Below are positions 1 to 13,000 of a DNA stretch of 64,000 nt, in pieces. Within the stretch, counting starts at the first letter, position 1. Each line of letters opens with the position of its first letter. A program made the translations under genes and the position numbers. The DNA is from Oikopleura dioica (Eukaryota; Animalia; Chordata), in NCBI GenBank assembly GCA_907165135.1, contig OU015569.1:8556001-8620000 (forward strand). Reading direction: 5' to 3'. The notes below the pieces were generated by a model, which did not search any database, was not told the DNA's origin, and worked only from the letters and a program-made list of their open reading frames with translations.

Positions 1-3000
1 AGTTTTCCCTGATCCGCTTTGAAGAGGAGCAAACTTGGTACGAAGCTCGCGACGATTTCGTTTCCGAGCAAAGAATTCCAGAAGGAAGCGAAGAAAAGTC
101 CCTTGATAAGAATGGAAAGTTTATACGTGTTTTGCGCGAACGAGCGGAAAAGTTACTCAAGAATGAGGGGGAAGTCGGCGCTGCGAAGGTAAGTCCGATC
201 TTAGAACGATGATTTGAAAAAAAGAATTATTTAGGAGCGCAAATTCTTTCAAATGGCGGCGGAATCTGGTACTCAAAAAGATAAAGTAGCGGCGATGGTA
301 TTGAAAGTACAGAACGCGCCGGTCTCGAACTACGCGATCCTGGAGCAACTCGTCAAAATTGTCAGAAAGAGAGTGCGCCGTGAATTTGTCTTGGCCAGCA
401 GTCACGTAAAAGACCTCTTTCTTTCGAGCATTTTGCCTTGCACACGACCTCTTCGCGAGTTTTACGAAAATACGGAACTGCTTCTCTTCGCCGCCGAAAA
501 TGTGGACACACAAGATGGAAGTAAAGCCCTCCTTTTCGCAATTTACGAAGACTACGCGAAGAAACAGTTTGGCTTCTTCCTCGACGGACTGGACGAGGTC
601 CTCTCAGATCCGATTGAAGAAATGAAGATAGTCTCTCTTCAAATTATCAAAACATTGCTTGAGGAACAGCCTGAAGCGGAAGGTCGACTTCTGTCTTGTA
701 TAGGAAGCGTTTTTATCTAGTTTTTGACGACACGGTCTTCTATTAGACTAGTGGTATCTCAAACGCTCGATAGTAAACAAAATCGGTGATCCAAAGAAAA
801 AGGTCGTAGACCGCGCCTCGAAGTTTATTACCGATTTGCTTTTCAAGCACCCAAACATGCAAGAAGTCGTTGGATACGAGATTGAGAACTTCCTCTGGCG
901 CTCGAACCAGTCCGATGCAAGTGTTTTGGCTGGAATCAATTTGCTAAATCAGTTCGTCTTCTCGAGTGATCGCCACGAGGTTCCATCCAGACTGATTCGC
1001 GTCTATTTCCAATTCTTTCAATCCGAAATTGCCAAGAATCAGAAGAAAAACAAGAAAACAGAGCTCAGTCAGAAGATTCTGTTCTCGCTGCTGACGGGTG
1101 TTAATCGAGCATTTCCTTATGTAACTACCGGCGACGATGCCGATCTAGACGTTCATATCAACAACACTTTTTCTTTGGTACACCAAGGGACTTTTACTGT
1201 TGCCCTGCAAGCGTTGAGCTTTCTATTCCAAGGTTAGTGATGAGTTCTTACTCAATAGAATGAATTTTATCAGTTATTTTAAGCTTTCAATTCGAGAGAA
1301 GAACTGGGTGATCGCTTCTACAACTCGCTGTATCGTCTTCTCTTACGCCCAGAATTAGGCACTGAGGTAATATATTGTCAACTATCAAAACATTCACAAT
1401 TTTCATTCAGCAAAAGCGACACACAGTTCTATTGAATTTGTTGTATCGTACGCTCTCAGAAGATAAAAATGTAACGCGCGGAAAGAGTTTTCTCAAGCGT
1501 GTTCTATCTATTTGCCATGCATCGAAGACTCCCTTTCAGGCTGGCTCCTTGGTTTTTGTTGGTAAGATATTTCAATTTTTATATATTCTGGGCAACGAGT
1601 CAAAGCAGTGTAATTTTTACTAGTTGAATTTCTTCTTCATGTCGCTCCCAGCGTATCGCCTAAGCGCAAAGTTTATATAAAGCCCGGATTGAGGCTCACC
1701 TCGATTTCAAATTTTGTGCCCTAAATGGTTTCTGCCGGTTAATGTCGGGTAATCTGAACAGTTGAGTCCTATCTTTTATGCTGTCTCTTTACCTAGTTAC
1801 AGCTGGTATGTTTGAATGTTTTTCTTTTGCTAAAAACCAGGGCATATCCATACCGGCTTGCCTAAATGAAGAATTTCTGGTTTGTATGGCTGGCTTTTTT
1901 GGATTTAAAACTCCGTAGACTAGCGAAAAATCTCGAGAGGAAAGATTTATATCCTTGTCAAAATGATGATGCGTTTGTCGTGCTCATTATCTTCTTTGGA
2001 GACTATAGGATTCCTTGATACTAGTTTTCTACGGCTTGGTATTGTTGTCTTAAATGTTTTCTTAAAATATGGTCACAACGATTAGCTTACCATCGGCTTG
2101 TCCTGATAAAAGTCTCTGTAGTTAGAAGTAGTTTTGGGTTCGCTCATATTTGGCAGGTGCGTGAGCGACGAGTTCACTGAATAAATTGACCAAGTTTGCT
2201 TGCGAACTATGTCATATTTTTTCACCTTGGCAAACGGGTTCTCTTTTCAGTGGGAAAATGTGTGAAGTGCCTGTTTTTGCGGACTGGGGTTTGTTGCGGC
2301 GACCGATCTCGCCGCGTACCGATTCTCGTCTACTTTGCTAAGGTTCAACTCCTTTGACTTTTCTAATTCTATCAGTTAAACTGTTGCCTGTATGGTTTCT
2401 GGGTGAACTCTGCGGAATAACTTGTCTGCGCAGCCTGTTGATTCTCTACTGATTTTGGTCGCTTCGCCGGCTCCTGCCGAGAGTTTTCCACTTGAAATAA
2501 GGAAACCGCGTATTTTTAGTGCTCTTACCTGGTGGAAAAATTAAATACCTGTCTACCATCACCATGTTCAAGTTTTTGGTTTCGCATCGGCCTTATACAG
2601 CAGTAGGAAATGCGGCAGCCACTCTTTCGACTCAATGAAACAAAGAACCCCCATTGACGATGCCCTTGTTCTGCGTTTTGCGAATCAGCATCATGCCCAT
2701 TTCGGCTAATGCTTCCATCAATTTACGGGGAATTGAAGAGTTTCCTAAACCTATATCAGACTTCTATTCACTCATTTTTGAAAGAAAATATCCCATAGAA
2801 TGCTTGTTCTCTTGCTTATATATATTTAGGTCATCTACTGAATGAAAAGCCTGTGTGGAAGTCTCTTGCATGCGCCCAAGAAGCTCCGCAAACAGCGATA
2901 GGTGGCCTAGATCAGTTAAAGAAAAGCAAATTCGAAGATGAGGATTCGGACGAAGAAGAACACTTCGTCGACGCCGACAAGCAGGAAACCAAAGAAACAA

Positions 3001-4113
3001 GAAATAAAACCGTGTCCGAAACAGAGAAAAGCAAGGGTATGATAAAAAAATATTTTCATCGTTTAAATCAGATTCGTAGGGTGGCATCATCGCGAAAAAG
3101 TAAGCAGAAGCGATTTCGACGCTTGGGCCCGAAATCCTAGTTACAGCAATGTAGACGGCGAGAAGGCATGGGAACTGGTCTCAATGGCAAACCACTTCCA
3201 CCCGTCCGTCTCGATGTTTGCGAAAAATGTCATTTCTGGTGGGGACGAGGTGAGTGACCTTCAGATTAATCATTTAATTTATAAAAGTCAAGACTTTACT
3301 GATTTGTTTCAGAAATATCCTGGCGACCCGCTGAACGATTTTACTATAATGCGTTTCTTGGATCGATTTGTGTATAAAAATCCGAAAGCGGAAAGAAAAT
3401 CGCCCAGAAGCATCAATCAACGCCGGGTCAATAAGTATCTCGACACGCATCAGTTACCAGTTACTTCTTTGGAGTTCCTTCAAGCCAAAGAGCACGAGCT
3501 TGGACCACATGATCGTTTTATGCAAAAGTAAGTTGTCTTCCGATAATATTCGATCGGAATTTCACCAATAACTTGCAGGTTCTTCCAAATGCGAGCTTCT
3601 GGCGTGACTTCGAAAGCAAAAGAAGATCAGGATATTGACGATGTGGACGACGACGAGTTTGACAGAATCCTTGACGGCGATCTTCGTGGCTGGGAGAACC
3701 GTGTTGGCAAGATTGACTCCACTCTAGCTACTCCTAAGCAGCGGAAAGCAATGAAAAAACGCGGGGATCTGGAGGAGCTCGAAGATTTGGACGACGATGA
3801 TATTGATTTTGGCGATTTATACTCGGATGATGAAAATGAAGAAGAGGAAGAGATCAGTCCCGAGCTCATAGAAGACTACGACGGAATTCTGAGCGATGAA
3901 GATGAAGAAGAGAGTCCAACGAAGCGGGTGAAGCTTGCGAAATTAGAACAAGATGCAGAGCAAGTTGGGGACCTGCTGGACGACGCTGGCATACTTTCTA
4001 AACAAGAAAAGTGGGAGCAAGGAAGGAATAAGAAGAGGGGCGTAAAGAATAATATAAAATCGAAGGGCCCGCGAAAACGAACGGGAAAAATGAAGTCAAC
4101 AAAAAAAAGATAG
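1..4113 (+). CDS. CEBPZ: CCAAT/enhancer-binding protein zeta / NOC1-Mak21 family 60S biogenesis factor (5'-truncated, multi-exon)
   Basis: Spliced translation gives IVNKIGDP..LLFKHPNMQEVV, GDRFYNSLYRLLL, RNPSYSNVDGEKAWELVSMANHFHPSVSMFAK and YPGDPLNDFTIMRFLDRFVYKNPK, the recognisable CBF/Mak21 motifs. Acidic, then Lys-rich C-terminus; TAG at 4111-4113. Introns include 189-234, 704-773 (GA-AG), 1233-1283, ~1562-2829. Confidence 0.93.
1696..2565 (-). CDS. Nested antisense multi-exon gene inside the CEBPZ intron; small basic protein with SAXO/MAP6-like (S/T)xYxx(D/E)F motifs
   Basis: Minus-strand exons bounded by GTAAG/GTGAA donors and pyrimidine-AG acceptors: MVMVDRYLIFPP|VENSRQEPAKRPK..QTSYSAEFTQKPY..; ..EPKTTSNYRDFYQDKPM|..; ..RQAGMDMPWFLAKEKHSNIPAVTR|LPDINRQKPFRAQNLKSR* (stop 1696-1698). 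Some internal junctions are unresolved. Confidence 0.5.
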
Positions 4114-4195
4114 CAAGTTATTACTATTGATGACAAACACTGTCCATGCTGTTCATAAACTGTTGACTTCAGAAAACTATTGTTTTATGAGACTT

Positions 4196-4205
4196 TTTCA
4201 TTTAG
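4196..4205 (+). promoter_or_regulatory. Putative unpaired (trans-splice) acceptor site upstream of DDX21
   Basis: TTTCATTTAG 11 nt before the ATG at 4217, only 103 nt after the CEBPZ stop; no upstream donor needed. The trans-splicing role is inferred. Confidence 0.4.
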
Positions 4206-4216
4206 ATTGAAAACGT

Positions 4217-6517
4217 ATGCCCGCTGCCACAATGACAGCTGCTCGTATTTTCGAAGAGCCTGATTCGGGTGTCGTTACCGACAAGCCGAAAAAGGTGAAA
4301 AAGTCAAAGAAGTCCAAGTCGGCAAAAGACGAGGAAATGCCAGAACTCGTAGAAGAGATCGCGGGCGACGACGAATCTGAAAGACTGCCAAAGCAGAAAA
4401 AGACAAAGAAACGGAAACTCAACGACGAAGCAGAGGCTAGTCCCCAAAAGTCTAGCAAAAAGAAGAAGGCCAAAGTGGAGCCTAAAGAAGAGCCTAAAGG
4501 TAACTTTTTAGTCCTCATTTAAAAAATAAAAGATCTAGACGAAGACAGCTCCTCGACAGACGGCGACGCTCCACCAGAGATGGAGTTCAAAGAAGAGTGG
4601 GATATGCTCTCTCCTGAGACTCAAAAGAAGCTCAAAGAACGAGGAGTGATCCAACTCTTTCCTGTCCAGGCAAGAACGTTCAAAACGGTGCGAGACGGAG
4701 AAGATGTGATTGTACAATCTCGAACTGGCTCTGGAAAAACCCTGGCCTTTGCCATCCCCACAGTAGAGCGTCTCCAAGAGGAAAAGCTAACGAGCCGTGG
4801 ACGTTCTCCTCGAGCGCTGATCCTCGCTCCTACTCGAGAACTTGCTAGTCAGATTTGCCGTGATGTGGAATCCATCTCGACCGGACTCACTGCATGCGCA
4901 ATTTACGGTGGCGTGCCGTACGCCAAGCAAGAAAACATTCTCTTCAAAGGATGCGACGTTGTTGTCGGCACTCCTGGACGAGTCAAAGATCTTCTTGAAA
5001 AAGGCTCACTGAAGATGGATCTCATGAAGATCGTCGCTCTCGATGAAGTCGACAGAATGCTTGATATGGGTTTTGCCGACATTGTCGATGAGTGTATCCG
5101 TGGTGCTTACGAAAAAACTCAGCCCCAGACATTATTTTTCTCTGCTACATGCCCCGACTGGGTCAAAAATACCGCGGCGAAATATATGAAAAAGTCCCTC
5201 CAATCATCAACTTGGTTGAGTCGAACGCGAACAGAACTTCAAAAACCGTCAGGCATTTGGCCATTCAGGTAATTTCCATATCGCTAAACTCTAAAACTTA
5301 AACGCTATGTAGACCCATTACACGGAATGGAGCGATGTAATCGGAGATCTTGTCACCGCTTTCTGTGGAAGAAGTGGCCGAGCAATGATTTTCGCGTCAA
5401 CGAAAAGAGATACATCTGATCTTGCTCTTTCCGACAATATCTCTGATGCTCAAATGATTCATGGGGACATCGAACAAGCCACTCGGGAACAAACGCTTCA
5501 AGGTGCATTTATGATATAAGTTATACTTTCGAATGGTATTTTTAAGCATTCCGAGACGGTAAAATGCGGGTTCTCGTTTGCACTGATGTTGCTGCTCGTG
5601 GTCTCGACATTCCCGAAGTCGATTTGGTTATTCAGACAGAGCCCCCCAGTGATATTGACTCTTACATTCATCGGTCTGGTCGAACTGGCCGAGCTGGACG
5701 AAGCGGCGTGTGCATATGTCTGTACAAGCCGAAACAGCTGTATCAGTTGAAACAGGTTGAGAAGGAAGCCGGCTTCAAGTTTGAGCTTCGAGGACCTGTA
5801 TCTGCCGTCGAGCTTGAAGAAGCTGCCGCAAAGGATGTGAAACGACAGATCGCTAAATTGCCGGAAAAGGTTTAAAAGTTCACAGAACATTTTTATTTTA
5901 TATCATTTTCAGAGCTCCGCTCGATTCTTGGAAATCGCACGAGAAATGATTGCAGAGGCGGAGGAAGAGGAAGAATCAAGCACAGAAAAGCTGCTGGCCG
6001 CAGCCATTGCTATTATGTCAGGTGTAACTGACTCAACAAGCCGGTCCATCATTACTGGAAAGAAAGGTCAAGCTAATTACATGATTCTCTTAGTTAAACC
6101 ATTCTAGGCTTTCAGACGTGGCAGATGAACGTTTCATTCGAGATGAACAATCAATACCTTATCTTCAAACTGTTGGAGAAGGGAATCGGTGAACAGGCTC
6201 GTATCGACGCGCGCAACGTCAGAGTGTTCAAAGATAGAATGGGAGCCGCTTTTGATCTCCCAACGAAAATGACGAACGAAGTCTCAGAAAAGTGGAATGA
6301 TTCGGATAAGTTCCAGTTGAAGCGTGTCGAAAAGGCATCGGACTTACCAGAGCTTGAAGCTAAGAAAGAGATGTACTCGAATGGTGGAGGACGTGGATTT
6401 GGTGGCGGTGGCCGCGGACGAGGCGGTAGTGGCGGCCGTGGTCGCGGTGGCGGACGAGGTCGCGGTGGTGGACGTAGCTTTGGCGATAAGCAGCCATGGC
6501 AACGAAAGAAGTACTAG
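4217..6517 (+). CDS. DDX21: DDX21/DDX50 nucleolar DEAD-box RNA helicase with GUCT domain and RGG tail (apparent 1-nt frameshift at 5189-5193)
   Basis: Motifs: Q (LFPVQ), I (SRTGSGKT), Ia (PTRELA), II (DEVD), III (SAT), V ([11 protein letters not shown]), VI ([12 protein letters not shown]). Lys-rich N-terminus and GGRG-rich C-terminus. Confidence 0.93.
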
Positions 6518-6779
6518 GAAAGGATTTTCAGAATTTTACACTAAGTTTTTATTCAACGTAGATAAATACGGAATAATATTTTAAAACAATTTTGGAAATC
6601 AACATCAGAGCTCCTAAGATGACTGCTCGTACTTAGTGTGTTTATTGTATGCTGTTTAAATTATTTTCTTCTAGATTCTTTAAACCCCATATTTTTCCTC
6701 AAACTGATTACAGAAAGGCAGACTGTGAGAATAAGAAGTCCATCTTTATGCCTCTTTTAATTATTATATAAGTTGTAGA

Positions 6780-9700
6780 ATGAGCGAGGGCTATGACTAC
6801 GACAATGACTACAGCGACAGCGAAATCAAGCACAAGAAGAAAAAGAAAAAGTAAAAAGGTAGGCCACCGATCCCGAGAATATAAATTCTTATTCAATACA
6901 AGGAGCGGAGAAATGCCTCCCCTGAAATGAAAGAAGAACCTAAATATGAGTACGAATCTGATGATATCAAGGAAGAGTACCAGTCAGACTCTGGCAGTGA
7001 CTATGAGCAGCCTAAAAAGAAAAAGAAGAAAAAGGTCACTCCGAGGAAAAATGAGTCCGTGAAAAAGGAGCCTGGAGAGACCAAAAAGCGAAAAAGGTAT
7101 TTCCTGAAGCAATACCTTTCTTTAATTGCATTCGAAGCACGACCACTGCTGGCAAAAGTCCGACGAAAAAGGTCAAAAAAGAGGAGAAACCGGAAGATCC
7201 GAAGTGGGAATGGTGGAACGAAGACCCAGACGAGAAAAGGAGACGAGAAGAAGAGGGAATCAAATGGACGAGCTTAGAGCACAAAGTATTGCTAATGCGC
7301 TAATCATGTAAATAATTAACTGTATTCAAGGGTCCCTTCTTTCCCCCGGAATATGAAAGACTACCAAGTGGCGTAAAGTTCAAGTACAATGGTGAGCCAA
7401 TGGTACTTTCCGATGCGGCCGAAGAAGTCATGGGCTTCTACGCTGCTATGTTGAGAACAGACTATGTTACTGACCCAGTCAAGTCTGAACTCTTCAATAA
7501 AAACTTCTTTTCTGATTGGAGAAAAGAAATGACGGACGAGGAGCGCAAGAAAATCAAGTCGCTCGAGTAAGTTTCAACGATTATTGTAGAAGTTTGATGG
7601 TATTCTTTAGTAAGTGTGATTTCACCGCTGTTCTCGAATACTTCGATGAGCAGCGCGAGATCAAAAAAGGGCGAAGTAAAGAAGAGAAGCAGGAGGAAAA
7701 AGAGCGAAATGCAAAGATAACGGAGGAGTATGGCTTTTGCATGTGGGACCATCACAAAGAGAAGATCGGCAACTTCCGCCTCGAACCTCCAGGTTTTAAC
7801 TTCGATATGGCTTGAGTTCTAATCGTTGGTTTTAGGACTGTTCCGTGGACGAGGAGAGCACCCTAAGATGGGCAAGTTAAAGAAGAGGATCACCGCGAAC
7901 GACATCATCATTAATATTGCCAAAGGCGCAGAGGTTCCCAAACCGCCGCCGGGGCAGAAGTGGAAGGAAGTCCGTAACGACAACAAAGTTACGTGGCTTG
8001 CTTGTTGGATCGAGAATGTGCAAGGTGCGATGGCTTTTCGATTCTTAGTCTAAATTGCCTAGGATACACTTCAAAAAGCATAGATTTAAGATTCTTTTCC
8101 CAGGTCAATACAAGTATATTATGTTGAACGCCAACTCGAGGATAAAGGGAGAAAAGGATTGGCTCAAGTATGAAAAGGCGCGCAAGCTGAAAGACATCAT
8201 TGATGATGTTCGGCGTTCTTACGAGGTTCTTTTCTCCTTTATATAACGCTTTAGATAGCCTTTTTTAGGCCGACTTGCAAGATAAGATGATGGCTAACCG
8301 ACAGCGAGCAGTAGCCATGTATTTCATCGATAAACTGGCGCTGAGAGCTGGCAACGAAAAGGATACCGACGAAGCAGCGGACACTGTGGGCTGCTGCTCT
8401 CTTCGAGTTGAGCATGTCAAGGTAATTGATATACATAGAGTTACTCTGAACACTTGTTTTTACATTAGTCACGGTTGATACGTGGCTCGCTAGAAACAAA
8501 TTAATTGTCTCTTTATAATTCCCGTTAACATAGAGCAAAACATCTTAACCAACGGCGGTGGGTATTTTAATCACTAATTAATAGTGCGAATCGGGAACGG
8601 TTCTCTAGTCAACGTGTAAACCAACGGAAACAACCTAAACATTTTGGTTTTGTGTCGAAGCTTCATTTGAGTGTTCATTCACAATACCTGTTGTTTACTG
8701 ATATCATGCGCGAATCGAGTTCGCAAGATTTCATATTGCTTAGTTCCCAACAACGGATTTAGTTGTCGCAAAACATTCACTCTAAGAAAGCGAAAAATGT
8801 GTGCTCACCTAGATACGCGGAGCTAACTACTCAAAAATCTTTCGTTCAGTTGCACGACGAACACGTGATTGACGGAGAACGAAAACAGTATGTCATTGAG
8901 TTTGACTTCCTCGGTAAAGATTCTATGCGCTATCACAACTACACGCAAGTTACGAAGGTAATTCCGTTTCATCTATCCTTAGCTCACGTTTTTACATTCT
9001 CAGCGCGTCTACAAAAACGTCCGCATTTTCTGCGAAAACAAAAACGGGGAGGACGAGCTCTTTGATCGACTTGACACAACGAAACTCAACAAGCATCTGA
9101 ACTCGATTATGGACGGACTCACTGCCAAGGTTTTCCGTACCTACAACGCTTCGAAAACGCTGCAGGAGCAACTTGATGAAACAACCAAAGCGGATCTAAG
9201 GTAATTAAACTTCCTCTTCCTTGAGGGTCTCAGTAACTCCTCTGTTAACTAAGAGTCTGTATAGGATAAAATTTGTAAGTAATTAGCTATGTTTGTGGTA
9301 ATTAGCAGCTGATCTTCAAGTGTTCATCGAAACTTACGACTCTCTTAAAAAATAAGCTTAGATGAACATTTCCGCTGTTTTCATTCTTCTAGACTGCCTA
9401 ATTTGTTCTTAGCGTTGCTGAGTACGTGTTAACCTACAACAACGCCAACCGGCAAGTGGCGGTTCTTTGTAATCACAAACGTACCGCACCTAAGACCTTC
9501 GACGATCAGATGAAGAAAGCGGAAGAGAAGATTGAGGACAAGGAAGAGAAAATAAAGGAAAAGAAGAAAGAAATTAAGGCGGCTAAAAAGGTAGTAAAGT
9601 TGTTGAAGAATAACGAAAGTGACTCTCTTTAGAACGGGGATGATACCACCAAGAAGAAGGCACAACTGGCTCGATTGGAAGATCAGCTAGTGAAGTTGAA

Positions 9701-10022
9701 ATGTGCGAAGACTGATCGCGAGGAGAACAAAGAAATTGCTCTTGGCACCTCCAAGCTTAATTATCTCGATCCAAGGATAACAGTCGGTTGGTGCAAAAAG
9801 TGGGACGTTCCGATCGAAAAAGTAAGTAGGCTACTTGCGTAGAAATGGCGATTCCCCAAAAGAACGTGGCGATTTAATTGTCAATTAATTTTGGGTCCTT
9901 GATCGTTAATGGGAAAACAACCGAGTTTTGATTACTAAAAATAATTTAAGGTTTATAATAAAACGCAGCGCGACAAATTCGCTTGGGCGATCGCAATGGC
10001 TGGGAGCGACTTCTCCTTCTAA
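6780..10022 (+). CDS. TOP1: DNA topoisomerase I (type IB)
   Basis: Spliced translation: [83 protein letters not shown], catalytic [25 protein letters not shown]. About 12 GT-AG introns. Confidence 0.97.
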
Positions 10023-13000
10023 CTTACAAGTTCTAAGGCTTAGATTTCCTTACTCTTTTCCATATCTTTTTTTTTCTGACCATTTACAAAATTCAACGTG
10101 AGCGACTTCAGATCCTTCTGATGCCTACTTTGTTCTCTAATCCTGAAAGTCTATAGCACTGAACAATTTCGCGAAAAAAAACGCTGTCGGGCAAACACTC
10201 TGCAAATAATTTAAAAGGAACACGACAGCATCAAAGTAACGATTCAAAGTGAGAAAATGTGCGTGGCACTTTTACCTGAAACAAACTTTTCTAATAATTC
10301 AATTCAGCTTTTCCATACATTTTTCTTTATCTTTACTCCCTGAGAGCGGAAATCTACTGATTAGAAATAATGAAGATTACTGTTTCTAATTAATTCCGCG
10401 ATCTTCCGTATTATATCCTTGCTACGTTGATACATTACTGGGCCCATCATTAGGTGAATTCAAGTAGAATTCGAGCGGTTTCAAATCGCTTGAATGCTCG
10501 CGTTATACTTTACTGCCTCTTTATTCGTAATCGAGAAACGATTTTGAATATTAAACTAGAATAAACATTCAATTATGAAAACATCCTTTCAACTCAAAGT
10601 AAATCTGTTATTTTGAAAATTGACTTCTTTTTTGTGCAGTTTTTTCGCAGGAAGATTTTGATAAAGAAGCAGTGAATGAGTTACTCCCAAGGTATAAGTC
10701 TAAACTGAAAATAATCAGAAGTAACGGCGAGCAGAGTTCCCCGATCTCCCAGACATGCGGAGAGCATAAACATCTTTCCTATTGAAGTGTAAATCCTGAC
10801 ACCGATCCTTCCCCTTTTTAATAACCCAATCGTTCTTCTTGTTAATTTTTAAAACGAGTTATTATTCTGAAAATCAATGCCGGCTTTCGTATATGCGATT
10901 GACTACAGGTCAGGATTCCAATATATCACCAGAGGTTATCCCGTAAATCGTCTAACATCTCATTTCAAAATGTTGCCATTGGCGTTGGGTATTGTTGATT
11001 TATCTCTGCTCTAGCAAAGAGCCTCTAGGTATCATTTTGAGAAACATATTTTTTTGTAGCGAGTATACACAATCAACAAATATTTTAGTCGCTGATAGTG
11101 AATAAATCATTTATTCTATCTATTCAACTAAAATATGAAAAGAGCGCTTGAAAATCATTAATGAAATTAGAATCTCAAGCGCCAAAGATTCTCTTGTTTA
11201 TTTCTAACACTAGAATAGACTAATCTGATTAGTTATTTTTTCTTCACCGTCAAGGCGCCCCGTAGACACATCAATGATTCCTTTTCCGTGAAGTTGTACT
11301 CGTTAACCTCTGAAGAAGGGATGCCAGGAGGTAAACGTGTGAAAGTTTGTAAGCGGTCATAAACGGAAACAAACAGTGGGTTGAACATTTTCTCGACAAC
11401 TTCGCGCCATTGCTTTCTATTTGTTCTTCAAATATCCGACGCAGTGAAGCTTTAACCAACACAAAACAGGAACATCGTGAATTGAACAACACAACAGTTC
11501 GAAAGAATGAAATTGGATAAATTTCTGCCGCAGAAAAATAAATAGGGATCGAGAAAATCGAATATCCGTTTTCTAAGTTCAACTAATTGTTGATTTACGG
11601 CAACACACACAATGAAGCCAACCTTTTGGAACATAGGTCCGAGGAAAGATATCAATCGATACCACTAGAGTAATGCCACCAGTATAAACAAAAGTCTCTT
11701 GGTACTCCTTCAAACATCAATGCTTCCATTATAAATAAATGTTCATGGCCGTTACGAATTTACACTGAACATCACAAGCAACAAGGCTCTCTCATCTCGC
11801 TGCCACAACTGGATCTGCCCCAAGCAAACATCATTAGAATTTTTAACGGAAACCATGCTCTTCCAAAATAGGCTATTTTAAATAGCCTTTTTGGGTACAA
11901 TTCGAGAAAAACTCTATTCTAGGCAAGGACTATTTTAGGAGGGTCCTAGCCAGAAACGTTACGCTCTCGAGGTAAAAATAAATCACAACCCTAAAAAAGC
12001 TGCAAAATCATAATTAGACTCTCACTGGAAGAGTATTTTTTGTCGATTTATCAGCAAATGTAGTTTTAAATTATGTAATTTAGCATGTGGTTGGTTTTCG
12101 GAAATTTTGATGGAAAATAATTCTTTGCGCTTGTAATAAGCTTGTTTCTGATCATTCTTAGACATCTCGTGGTGAATATTAATAACTATCTAGCGAGAAT
12201 TTGAACTTGCAACAGTATTTTATATCCACATGTTCCGAAATCAACGCACAATTGTACATTTGTGTTAAAAAGACAAACATTGTCATCATGTACAAAATTG
12301 TCTCACTGATTCTGGCTCCTTATCTACGAGAGCCTTATCCGTCTAGAGTTTTAGGTAAATATTTTATACAAGAAGGTGTCCTTAGTATTTACAAGCAAAA
12401 TCCAGATTTTGAAAAATAGTCAAGTGCGTTTGTGAAAATGGATTATCGACTAAGATGAAATTTTGTGTGATTAGTAGAGTAATAACTAGAAGAACTAGAA
12501 CGTGAGCAATGTGACTCGGGTTAATGTCAGAACCGGCTTACAGCGGAGGGGTGACAGATGGCTGCAAGTATTTAGCTGCCATTTTGGTATTTGCCATTCG
12601 AAGCAAACAACGATAACTTTTTAAAAAGGTGGAAAGCAAGAGTCGCGAGAGTCCGTCTTTCATCCATCATTCAAGCTTAATTGAACATATTATATTTCAA
12701 TTAGAAAGGTAGAGGAAAACGAGAAAAGCCGCAAAATAAAAATATCCGCCTTCTCGCAGCCGGAGCGTTGCACGATCGTTATTCCGTGGAAGAGCGTGGA
12801 ACGTCTCCGAAGTTCGCCAGTGCTTCCATATTAGCAATTGTTTTCCTTGCTTCCTCCGCCATAATCTCTCAAACGAAACTCTTAGAACAGATTAATCTAA
12901 ACAGGTCCTTTCACTTTGCCGCTGAATCGACACTCGGAAGCATTAAGAACTAGATTACTGGACTTCCCGCAACTTGGGTTTTTTCCTTTGGACTGTTATT

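Noticed and set aside
1678-1725. Plus-strand KPGLR peptide in the CEBPZ intron resembling the vertebrate CEBPZ motif
   Set aside because: The true exon at 2830 (GHLLNEKPVWKSL) supplies this segment in phase; the match lies antisense to the nested gene's last exon and ends in a stop.
6840-6915. In-frame TAA near the end of TOP1 exon 1
   Set aside because: It is avoided by a GT donor at 6851 with the acceptor at ~6910 (KKK|NASPEMKEE), so no frameshift needs to be invoked.
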